Assembly: GCA_016748015.1 (NCBI GenBank)
Contig: JAAOMT010000697.1
Coordinates: 1,177,163 to 1,241,162 of the forward strand
Origin: Geosiphon pyriformis uo1
Taxonomy: Eukaryota; Fungi; Glomeromycota
Direction: 5' to 3'
Length of the DNA stretch: 64,000 bases
The notes under the pieces are model-generated. The model worked only from the letters and a program-made list of their open reading frames with translations. It did no database searches and was not told the DNA's origin. The stretch's first letter is position 1. Every line of letters begins with the position of its first letter. Positions 52,601-64,000 of the stretch are shown here, piece after piece. A program made the translations under genes and the position numbers.

Positions 52601-55600
52601 AGATATTATACATTAACATATGAATTCTGGTAATATAATTTCTATTATTATTAAAACAAAACTTAAGTCTAACATTTGGCCATAAATTGCAAATAAGTTT
52701 AAGGATGTTTAAGTTTTTACTTCTGGTTTAGACACAAAGTTTTTTGGTACTAGTATGGTCGTGATCATAAACATTTTTTTGGCTTAACATGTTTCAAAAA
52801 TAGAAAAAATCTCAGACTGGTTAATATTAGTGTGTTTGTTGTTCAAAAACAGACTATTGGTCTCAATTTTAGGTTTATATGCTGGTGCTTCTGCTGGCAT
52901 ATGGTTCATCTAGGCATTGAACATCAACTCCATGATATTTAAAGCAGTCAATTTCAGTTTTTTTGTTATTTTGAATAGCAATTTCAATAAGAATAGTACT
53001 AGGAGAAGTGTAAATTTCAAGAAGTGTTCAGAAATTGGCTTTGTAAATTTGCTTAAAGAACATTTTTTAGTTAAAATTCTTACATGATATAACTTTAAAG
53101 GATTTGAGAAAGTTATTGATTACATTTTTATTAATAAAAATTTGGTATCAATAGTTATGACACATAAGATTAGCATTGTGTCTGAATTTTTTAACACAGA
53201 CTACAAAGTGTTATTGGTTTTAGTTGAATTAGGTGGTTTTTTAAATACACATCTAAATAATGTTAAAAAACAGATAAACAAGAACTACTGAAAGTTTAAT
53301 TTTAAAGATACAGATAGTACTAAATGAATTTACTTTAAAAATAGTGTTTTTGGTAGACTTTTGACTAAAATAAATGAATTTGCAAATGCAAAAGCTCTTA
53401 GTAATTTGGATAGGATGTGAAAAAAAAGTAAAAAGAGTAATAATGAATTCAGCTAATATTGTTTTTTCTAAACTATGGTTCAGTAAGTTTGAACAGCCAA
53501 AAAATAGGCATTCATTAAAATTTCTTGGGTTGAAATTGCTTGTTGTCAAGATTGCTAAGGAATTGAAAATAGGTAATAGGCCTAAATATAAGTATCTTCT
53601 CAAAAGATCATGGACTATAAACAATAGAGAAGCTTTTATAGTCAATTTTATAGTTTAAAACAGTGCAATTTTAATAGAAACTATTAAACAATTGTTAATA
53701 ATTAAAAAAAATATAAATAAGAGATAGCCAAAAACACAGTCATTAAGAGTATAATTGAGAGACATATGGAGAATTTTAACTTGAATAAGGGGAGCATAAT
53801 AAGAAATATTCTTGAGTGATTTTTTTACAAAGTTGTTCTGAATCATTTAGTAATTGGAAACAACTTGATTTTAAAGTTTGTAAAGATAAAATTTGAAGTT
53901 GACAATATTATAGTGAGTTGGATAAAGAAATACAGAATCCTATTTTCTCTGCCTAATTTGTAGACTTGTCAATATGTGTTTTTGGAGTATGTAAAAGATG
54001 GTGTTTTCTCTGATATTATAAATAACATCAATCTGGAAGAATTGGTTGTAGTATTGAGTAAGTTGCTTGATAACAAAACTGTTGGTCTTTCTGACATATT
54101 GAATAAATTGTAGAAGCATTATAGTAATAAGATAACAAATTATCTTTTGGATTTGTTGAATTCCTGTCTAAAGCTTGGTGATATTCCAGATCTCTGGAAG
54201 AAGGTGTAGGTTTTGATGATTTTCAAGTCTTATGAATAGAAAAACATTTTAACTAACACCTGGTCTATTGCTTTAATTGAAACTGCAAGAAAAATTTTGT
54301 TCAAAATTCTGTTAAATTAGATTTTGTCTGTTTATAGTATATATAACATTCTTTGTGGTAATAATTTTTCAGTCCTTAAAGATACTTTAACTCAATCTCT
54401 AGTGTTTGCTATTGGCTTAATTGTGAAAGACATTCTAAAAAAAGACTGGGAGATCTGATTTGTTCTATAAAACATATGCAAAGCTTATAATTCAGTCAAG
54501 TAGTATTATTAAAAATCAAGTTTAAGACATATTAAGATGTGTGATAAGTTTATTAGGTTTTTTGGAAATATTCATGAGAACAGATATAATAGGATAATTG
54601 ACCTCTCAAATGATTACAAAGTTCATAATAGGCTTGATCAAGATAAAATTTTTTCATCTCTTTTCTGAAGAATCTTTTATAATTCTTTGTTATATAAGGT
54701 CAAAAAACATAAATACTTATATAAATACAGAATCAACTCTAATTTTGTGGCAAAATCAGGCAAAATGGAGATTAGTAGGGCAAGTTCTTATTTTTTGCTG
54801 CTGATGCCTTTGTGGATAATACAATATAGATGAAAAATAAACAGGCTTTAATACAATATATTTTAAACATTGTAAATGAGTTTTTTGGTGTTAATAATAT
54901 ATCTATCAATAATTACAAAACAGTGGCCATTTTTATTAATTAAAGAATAGTGAAAGCATTCTTGTACATTAGTGGTCAACCAATTTTTATTGCCAAGTAT
55001 GATAAAACTTACAGATATCTGAGTATTTTTCTGTTAACAAAGAGTTTATCCAAGCCAAGTTTTGTTAAGGCTTATTCAAATATCAAGTTTTTTTTGAATA
55101 TGGTTCTTAGAAAGACAGTATTAGATAAGCAGTTTTTTTATTTGGTGTCAGTGATTTTGCAATCTATAGTTAGTTATTGAATACAGTTTAGCTTTATGTT
55201 TAAGAGTATAAATTGTAAATAGAATGTTATAATAAAGAAAAGGCTCAGAATTAAAGCCAATTTGCCAAGAAACTTTTCTAATAAGGCTTTGTACCATTCA
55301 TATTTGTATTGTTTAAAATTTTTTGAACAGATTCAAGCAAAAGCCAAAGTGAAAAAAATTCTGAAGAATTCAACTTAAAATCTGCAAATTCAATAATCTG
55401 TGTTTAAAAAGCCAGCCAAAAATATTTTTAGTATTAACAAAATTTATTACTAATGTCATTTTTTCTTTTGCTTAGACTTGATTAAAAGACTTTAAATTAT
55501 ACAAATATAAATAATACATANNNNNNNNNNNNNNNNNNNNTTAAAGATACAGATAGTACTAAATGAATTTACTTTAAAAATAGTGTTTTTGGTAGACTTT

Positions 55601-57590
55601 TGACTAAAATAAATGAATTTGCAAATGCAAAAGCTCTTAGTAATTTGGATAGGATGTGAAAAAAAAGTAAAAAGAGTAATAATGAATTCAGCTAATATTG
55701 TTTTTTCTAAACTATGGTTCAGTAAGTTTGAACAGCCAAAAAATAGGCATTCATTAAAATTTCTTGGGTTGAAATTGCTTGTTGTCAAGATTGCTAAGGA
55801 ATTGAAAATAGGTAATAGGCCTAAATATAAGTATCTTCTCAAAAGATCATGGACTATAAACAATAGAGAAGCTTTTATAGTCAATTTTATAGTTTAAAAC
55901 AGTGCAATTTTAATAGAAACTATTAAACAATTGTTAATAATTAAAAAAAATATAAATAAGAGATAGCCAAAAACACAGTCATTAAGAGTATAATTGAGAG
56001 ACATATGGAGAATTTTAACTTGAATAAGGGGAGCATAATAAGAAATATTCTTGAGTGATTTTTTTACAAAGTTGTTCTGAATCATTTAGTAATTGGAAAC
56101 AACTTGATTTTAAAGTTTGTAAAGATAAAATTTGAAGTTGACAATATTATAGTGAGTTGGATAAAGAAATACAGAATCCTATTTTCTCTGCCTAATTTGT
56201 AGACTTGTCAATATGTGTTTTTGGAGTATGTAAAAGATGGTGTTTTCTCTGATATTATAAATAACATCAATCTGGAAGAATTGGTTGTAGTATTGAGTAA
56301 GTTGCTTGATAACAAAACTGTTGGTCTTTCTGACATATTGAATAAATTGTAGAAGCATTATAGTAATAAGATAACAAATTATCTTTTGGATTTGTTGAAT
56401 TCCTGTCTAAAGCTTGGTGATATTCCAGATCTCTGGAAGAAGGTGTAGGTTTTGATGATTTTCAAGTCTTATGAATAGAAAAACATTTTAACTAACACCT
56501 GGTCTATTGCTTTAATTGAAACTGCAAGAAAAATTTTGTTCAAAATTCTGTTAAATTAGATTTTGTCTGTTTATAGTATATATAACATTCTTTGTGGTAA
56601 TAATTTTTCAGTCCTTAAAGATACTTTAACTCAATCTCTAGTGTTTGCTATTGGCTTAATTGTGAAAGACATTCTAAAAAAAGACTGGGAGATCTGATTT
56701 GTTCTATAAAACATATGCAAAGCTTATAATTCAGTCAAGTAGTATTATTAAAAATCAAGTTTAAGACATATTAAGATGTGTGATAAGTTTATTAGGTTTT
56801 TTGGAAATATTCATGAGAACAGATATAATAGGATAATTGACCTCTCAAATGATTACAAAGTTCATAATAGGCTTGATCAAGATAAAATTTTTTCATCTCT
56901 TTTCTGAAGAATCTTTTATAATTCTTTGTTATATAAGGTCAAAAAACATAAATACTTATATAAATACAGAATCAACTCTAATTTTGTGGCAAAATCAGGC
57001 AAAATGGAGATTAGTAGGGCAAGTTCTTATTTTTTGCTGCTGATGCCTTTGTGGATAATACAATATAGATGAAAAATAAACAGGCTTTAATACAATATAT
57101 TTTAAACATTGTAAATGAGTTTTTTGGTGTTAATAATATATCTATCAATAATTACAAAACAGTGGCCATTTTTATTAATTAAAGAATAGTGAAAGCATTC
57201 TTGTACATTAGTGGTCAACCAATTTTTATTGCCAAGTATGATAAAACTTACAGATATCTGAGTATTTTTCTGTTAACAAAGAGTTTATCCAAGCCAAGTT
57301 TTGTTAAGGCTTATTCAAATATCAAGTTTTTTTTGAATATGGTTCTTAGAAAGACAGTATTAGATAAGCAGTTTTTTTATTTGGTGTCAGTGATTTTGCA
57401 ATCTATAGTTAGTTATTGAATACAGTTTAGCTTTATGTTTAAGAGTATAAATTGTAAATAGAATGTTATAATAAAGAAAAGGCTCAGAATTAAAGCCAAT
57501 TTGCCAAGAAACTTTTCTAATAAGGCTTTGTACCATTCATATTTGTATTGTTTAAAATTTTTTGAACAGATTCAAGCAAAAGCCAAAGTG
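49655..57590 (+). mobile_element. LINE-D: 3'-truncated LINE (ORF1, APE, RT) containing a TIR element and the duplicated segment; true extent probably 49655-55351
   Basis: ORF1 relics at 50095-50651 and 51613-52530; ORF2 from ~52532 (KIATCNI); AFVDNT at ~54805. Stops abruptly at EQIQAKAKV (55351, and again at 57590). Confidence 0.85.
50652..51612. mobile_element. Non-autonomous ~960-bp TIR DNA element (MITE-like), copy 2, inserted in LINE-D ORF1
   Basis: Interrupts WFILI|GKDAMHVAK. Inverted ends tattactaaagatttt / aaaattttaccggtaata; flanks ttgg / ttga. Homologous to 18130-18900 plus 33423-33656. Confidence 0.8.
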
Positions 57591-57759
57591 AAAAAAATTC
57601 TGAAGAATTCAACTTAAAATCTGCAAATTCAATAATCTGTGTTTAAAAAGCCAGCCAAAAATATTTTTAGTATTAACAAAATTTATTACTAATGTCATTT
57701 TTTCTTTTGCTTAGACTTGATTAAAAGACTTTAAATTATACAAATATAAATAATACATA
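53302..57759. repeat. Apparently exact 2219-bp tandem duplication (53302-55520 = 55541-57759) flanking a 20-N gap; probable assembly artefact
   Basis: Identical ORF translations at offset 2239; the copies abut the Ns at 55521-55540. Confidence 0.92.
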
Positions 57760-60700
57760 GCTTTATTAAAAAAATCTTTGAACAAACTGGTCTTAGACTC
57801 TAATATCTTTTTAATTAAACAATCTTACTTATTGCATATATTTTTAATAACAAAGTTGAACTGTATTTTGTATTTAAAAATAGGCTATAAAACAGCTAAA
57901 ACTAAATAAAAAAATTATTTATTTGATATAGCTTTGTGTAAAACCATAAATAAAAAAAACTTTATATTTAAATTTGCTTTTTTTAAACTTGAGCCAAAAA
58001 ATCTTTTAATTAATAAAAAAAATACACAAATACTAATAAGCTTTGCCAGTTTTTAGAATTAAAATAAGAGATTTATTTATACTTAAAAAAACATTATTGG
58101 CTCTTGGATTGATTAGAATAATTACTGTTTTGTTTATATTTATTGAAATATTTATAATATTAAAGAATTCACTAGCAATATTTAAGATATTTTTTATTGC
58201 TGTTTTATAATTACTAATCTAAATTGTATTATTCACAAAAGCACTAGTTATTAAATAAAAGATTAAACTAGCATTAAATTCAATTTTGTCAATTCTAGCA
58301 ACAAATCTGAAATTCACTTAATATTTAAACAAAAATTCATTTTTTTACTTTGCATAAGAGAAAGTTGTAAAAAATTCTTTAGAAAAGAGACAAAAAAACT
58401 TTATTTTAATCAAGTCTATAATAAACCTTATAACTCTTAAACAAACCATAATTTGTTATAACTTTATTTATATGATTATTATAAATATGACCAAAAAATT
58501 TTATAAACTTGTTACATATTTTTATTTAATTTAAACTGTTTTTTAGATGTAATTAACTTATTGAATTATAAGTATTGTTCATGTTTTAAAGCACCAACCA
58601 AATTTTTTTACTTTTTTTTAAAGTATTTTTAATAACAAATTTAATAGCAAAAATAAAAAACTAAATTAAAATGTTCTTTAAAACTATGAAATTGTTTTTG
58701 TATAAAATTTTATATTGTTATAAATTTTAAAAATACAATTAAACAAAATCTTTGAAAAATTTTTCTTGTAGTTTTAATAAAAGCAATAGGTTTAATATTT
58801 ATTAAAATATTTTTTTATTTATATAGTTTTGAAATCTTAGACATCCAAATTTTTTTAAACATCAGAAATTAATTTAAATACTAAGCACAAATTAAGTAAA
58901 TACAATAAATAATTCAAACCAAATTTGTAATTATGCTTTCATATTTTATTAAAAATACCAGACAATTCAAAAACTTTACTATTAAAAAAATTTTTAATCA
59001 TTAATAAAAACTTATTAAAACCAATTTATAATATTATACTAAAAAATACACTATTATTAATATATTTAAAAAATGCAAATTATTTCTGCCAATAAGAAAA
59101 AATAATAGCTTTAACTGCATATTTTTTGGTCTAATTTTTTATAATCAAATCAATTTTACACTTAACCAAATTAGACTTTAAACTAGTTTACTATTATTAA
59201 CCAAATAATTTAATATAACTTTTTTAAAAATTTTTTTTAATACACTTCTTATTTTTTGATTTTTATTATCAACAAAAGCTTTTATGTATTAGATAATAAC
59301 AATTTTAATACAAAAATTCTCAATAGTTTTAAATTTTTACATTTTATAAAACCTATAAATTTTTTTAGAACAAATCAATAATTGTTTAATTAAAACTTTG
59401 CCATAATTATTATTCAAAAATTTCTTGAATTTTACTGTTTAGTTAGAATTCAGAAAAATTCACTTGTTAACTAAAGCCTAAAGCCTAAAGTTTTTTTAAA
59501 TTTTCTAATTAGTATGCTTTTAAAATTCTTAATATTAGTAATTCTAGTTTATAAAACTTAAAAAATATAGTATTTTTGGCCACTTCATTATTTTAATATT
59601 ATGTTTTTAAAAAAGCAATATTAGCTATAAAGTATATTATTTTATTAAGCAGCTGCTATATTTTATTAAAGTCAGCTTTTTTTTGCAATTATTAAAGTTT
59701 TTAGTAGTAATCAAAGCAGCAACCAATAATAAATTCTTAAACTTTTCTCAAACTTTTTTATTAATTTTACAGATCTTGTATTTTTATCTATTTTTAATAA
59801 GTTATTTATGTATTAAATTAAGTTAAGAACTAAAAAAATTTTTCAAACCAATATCTACTAATATAACAAAATAATTAATATTAAAAATTCATCTGAATAG
59901 TAATCTTGTTAATTGAAAAACAAATTTTAAATATTATTATTAATTAAAACAAAATTTATATATTTTTTAATTTTTTTAAAATTAAACTATATAAAAAGTT
60001 TATACAATAAAAAACTATTAAGAAAATTAAATAAACTCATATTTAAAATTTTTTTAAAATTCATACTGTAATCAGAATTATTTTTATTAAAGTTACTACC
60101 AAAAACTACATATATACTACTATTTAAAGCTTTAACTACTATAAAATTAATGTTATAAAACTGGATTAATCTTTTTTTTAAAGTAGCATTGATATATAAA
60201 CCCAAAATAAAAATCAAAAAATAATTCTTAAACAGCAAATATATTGAAAAAAGTCAATCAGCAATTTTTAATATTTTGTACATATGTTTAATAATATTAT
60301 TGTTAATTATTACTACAAAATCAGAACTCAAATAATTGAAGTTAACTTTCGAAGTAAAAACTTTAATTTTTTCAAATTTACTCATAATTTAAAGACAAAT
60401 CTTATATTTCAGTTTGGTTTTTGTTATAATATATACAAAATTGCTCTTATTTTTATGTTAACAAATAATATTTTCTTGCTTAACAGAAGAGTTCATCTCC
60501 TTAATATTACATGTAGTAATTTTTTAAATGAGACTGGTTATTAAAAAAAACAAAAACCTAAAACTAAATCAAAATTATTTAGTTTGGCCAAAAGCCCCAA
60601 AATTATATTTAACAATTTCTTTATATTATTTTTCAATTTCAAAAACTTAATAAATTTAAAAACACTGCTTTAACAACAGTTTTATTATTAGTAACCATAT

Positions 60701-62325
60701 TTAAATTCTTATTTATTACTATATTTATTTTTTAATTTTGTAATAAAAAAATTATTAATAGTTGACATCTAAAATTAAACTGGAAAACTATTGGCTTAAG
60801 TGTATTTAACTTCTTAGCCAGCTAATTAATTTATTCTATAAAACCAGCAAAACTGTACTTAAAAACAGTGAATTTATTATTTATTTTTAACATAATTGGT
60901 AAAGAAGACTTTATTTCTATAAAAAAACGAAATTTTGAAGACTTATTATACAGAAAAAAGAGAAAAATAAGAAACTACCAACAACTTTTGTCCAAAAAAC
61001 TCTGCCAAAAAAAACTAGATAAGCAATAGAAGCTAAATGTTTAGTGTAAATAATAACAAGCCTATTTTTATTTGCTTTTAAAAAAAATTTATAAAAAAAT
61101 CTATCTAAAAAAACTTTCTTACTATTAATATAATTAATTAATATATAATCTAATTTTTTATATTTAGCATACTTAGTTATATCTAAATAAAACCAGTACA
61201 GATCTAATAAAGTCATAAATATTATGTGTATTTGTTTTCATTAACAGTATATAGAACAGTATTTTATTATAGTTTCTTGTATTTCATGTTTTTTTGTTTA
61301 TATCAGCTTTAGCAATTCTTATAGAATTTTTTCTAATTAAAATAAACTATTTTGCTGTCAAATCAGCATAATCAGATTACTTAAATTCAATTATAGTCTT
61401 TTGTTATATTTTTATCAATTGTATTTTAATTGATACAATCATTTCAAATTCAAATAGCACAATATATACAGTCCTAACTAATATTCTAATTGGTATTTTT
61501 TTAACTATTACAGCTCAATTTAAACACTTAGCAAATTTTCTGAGATTAGTATTTATTAAAATATTTGTAGTTCTTATTTTTTTTATTGCTCATATTAAAT
61601 TTAATTCGGAAATAAATAATATATAAATAATTTTAGCAAATTTTAAGAAAATAGAAACTTTTTCAAAATCATTAATTTCAGAAAACAAATTTCTGATTAT
61701 TTTTAACTTTTTTTAAAAAGACTTTTTCATCATAGTATTTAAACTAATATTTAAAATAAATAATTTTTTAACAGATATATTGATTAGATTTTTTTAAAAA
61801 AAACAAAATTACAGAAATATCTAAAAAAACATTATTTTTATTTTTATTTATAAACTTAATCTTTTTCAAATATGTGTTTAATGCTTTTTTGGTCATTAAT
61901 CTAAGTTTTTTAGATGTTTAATTTATATTGTTTTTATCCAAAATATTTTTTTTGTTGTAATTACACTGGTTTTTTCTACTAAAAATTCTTCTTTTATATC
62001 AATACTATTAAATTTGATAATATTATTGGTTTTAGTATTTTAAAAACAATCAATTACTTTCTTGACAAACAACTTTTATTAATAATACTATCTTTTAAAA
62101 CATTATATTTTCTCTTTTTTCTAAAAAAAACATTCTTTTTAACAATATTAATGTCAGAATTTCTGGTAAATTTTTTTATAATAGCAATACTAAAACCAAT
62201 AATAATATTGTAATTGAATAGAAATAGTTTTGATTTATTAAATTAAATAATATATAATAACAACAAAAACTTTTTTATTAAAATTAAAACTTTTTGATGA
62301 TTATTGAAATAAATAAAAGCAAAAA
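57591..62325 (-). mobile_element. LINE-E: heavily eroded, 3'-truncated LINE of the same ORF1 subtype as LINE-D, tail-to-tail with it
   Basis: Minus-strand relics: the 5' leader and ORF1 start match LINE-D (ataaatcaaaac...ttacaa...agtattgct); ORF1 at 60917-61216; APE at 59987-60238 (ILGLYINA...FGSNFNK); post-RT YNLKSFNQV*AKEK at ~57740-57700. Confidence 0.85.
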
Positions 62326-63660
62326 GTTAGTAAATTTAATTAAAAAAAATATTATAAACAGTATAAATTTTAATTAAATACTTATTTAAAAACAAGTTTT
62401 AAAAATTTAAAAATTATTTATTAAATTAATTTTTAATAAAAAACAAATTAAACAGAAAAACAAAAAATTAAGTTCAATAAAATTTAAATTATTTTTCTTG
62501 TGTTTTAAACAATATTTTTTTAATTATTATATTAAATATAAATAATTATTTATATAAAAAAAAATTTTGACTACTTTATAAAAAAAACTACTTATTTATT
62601 ATAAATTTGAGTAAATAGATAATAAAAAAAAATTATTAAAAATAATTAAAATAATAATAATCTTAAAATTATAACTGTTTAATTTTTCTAAAGAATTTAA
62701 AAAAATAATAATTGTTTATTATTATTTATGTTTTATTTACTTATTTTTAGAATTAATAATAAAATTTTTAAAATTCTATTTACAAAAATTAACTTGTTTA
62801 ATAAATTTATAGTTAAATTTATTAGTGTTTTAAGAATTTAAATTGTTTTTTATTGATTATTAAAAATAAATACCAAAATTTTTTTAAATTAAAAGTATTA
62901 TTATTATTATTTTGTTGTTTAAGAATTCACAAAACTATAATATATGTCTTTTAAATAATAAAAATAATAAATTATAATTTTGTAAAAAATATAAAGTATT
63001 AATAGAAAGTTATTAAACTTAAATATATAAATATGTTTAAAATAAAAAATTAAATAAGCATTTAAATAAAAAATTGTTAAATACTTAAATAAAATAAAAA
63101 CAAATAGTTTTTTTAATATATATTGCTTAATATAAGTTTAAATTATTAGTTATATATAAAAAATGTGTAAGTAATATTTTTGTTACATATTTTAAGTTTT
63201 AATTAAATTATATTTAATTAAAAATAACATTATTAAATTTGTTTTATTTATAAATTAAATATATAAACTTATTTAACAAGTTTAAAATTAATATAAAGTT
63301 ACATATATATATGCAAAATAATAATAAAAATATATTTAATACTGGTTTAATTTTTTCTAATTTTAAAACTTACAATTATTTTTATTTTAAAATAATAAAA
63401 CGAATTTTATTCAATATTAAAATATATAAAACAATAATAATCTTAATTTAACAAAAAAAAAATAATTTAATGAATATTGCATAATACAAAAAACAATTAT
63501 ATTATAGAGTAAAAACTCTGATAATTGTTGTAATTTAACAAAGGCGGGTTTGTTACCTAAATAGTAAATTTATACTGATAAATCAAAGATCTGTCATTGA
63601 CACGAATCAAACATATATTAGGCCATATCTTCCCAAACCATAACTAACACGCAAAACACC

Positions 63661-63952
63661 ATGTCTGCTGTTGAAGATATTAAACGTCAATTAGAGGTGG
63701 CTACGACCGAGTATAGGAGATGCGTGGAGAAGCTAGAGAAGTTTATGGAGGGTAAGAAGGGAGATAGATTAGAAGAGTTGAAGAAGAATCTGAGAGAGAA
63801 GGAGGATGTGGACGAAAACCAAAGGAAGAAGTGGATAGAAGAAAAACAAGAGCTGGAAAAGCAAGAAAAAAAGCTGGAGATAGAGAAGGACGAGTGGAAG
63901 GAGGAGCTGCGAAAATGGGCAGAAAAACTACGTGCAGCAATAGATGATACAG
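63661..63952 (+). CDS. First exon of a host gene with a charged coiled-coil N-terminus; continues beyond the window
   Basis: MSAVEDIKRQLEVATTEYRRCVEKLEKF...KDEWKEELRKWAEKLRAAIDDT. A-rich context before the ATG, higher GC with CpG retained, and donor AG|GTAAC at 63953. Absent from the ORF track because no stop is reached. Confidence 0.8.
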
Positions 63953-64000
63953 GTAACAAATTTGTAAATTCCACTTTTCCATCCATACAATCTATATTAC

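Noticed and set aside
63687-63986. Two minus-strand Ser/Phe-rich ORFs in the track
   Set aside because: Antisense shadows of the purine-rich plus-strand exon.

Overview
This is very AT-rich eukaryotic DNA, almost certainly fungal. The intron style, the lipase-3 family gene and the TE protein families resemble what I recall from Glomeromycotina, most of all Geosiphon pyriformis; that assignment is inference and unchecked. The window is mainly a nested transposon graveyard. It holds a Sola-type DNA transposase relic (1-~1830, minus strand), five copies of an APE-RT-RNaseH LINE, and a full-length 7.7-kb Ty3/Gypsy element (20572-28277) inserted in LINE-A, which itself sits inside a ~1-kb TIR element. 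A second copy of that TIR element lies inside LINE-D. A 2.2-kb ORF1-only retroelement (11484-~13693, minus strand) carries the same structured 3' tail as the autonomous LINEs. Host genes are few: a disrupted lipase-3-like gene lacking the catalytic Ser (5981-7495), a secreted-protein N-terminus cut by an N-gap (8511-8785), and the first exon of a coiled-coil gene (63661 onward). All TEs show heavy C>T/G>A erosion; my manual LTR-LTR count is ~70 transitions against 3 transversions. A 2.2-kb exact duplication around the N-gap at 55521-55540 is probably an assembly artefact. The best candidates for novelty are the 'half-LINE' and LINE pair sharing a 3' stem-loop, the four-ORF Gypsy (-1 frameshift signal, apparently separate integrase, extra ORF, duplicated PPT), and RIP-like hypermutation.
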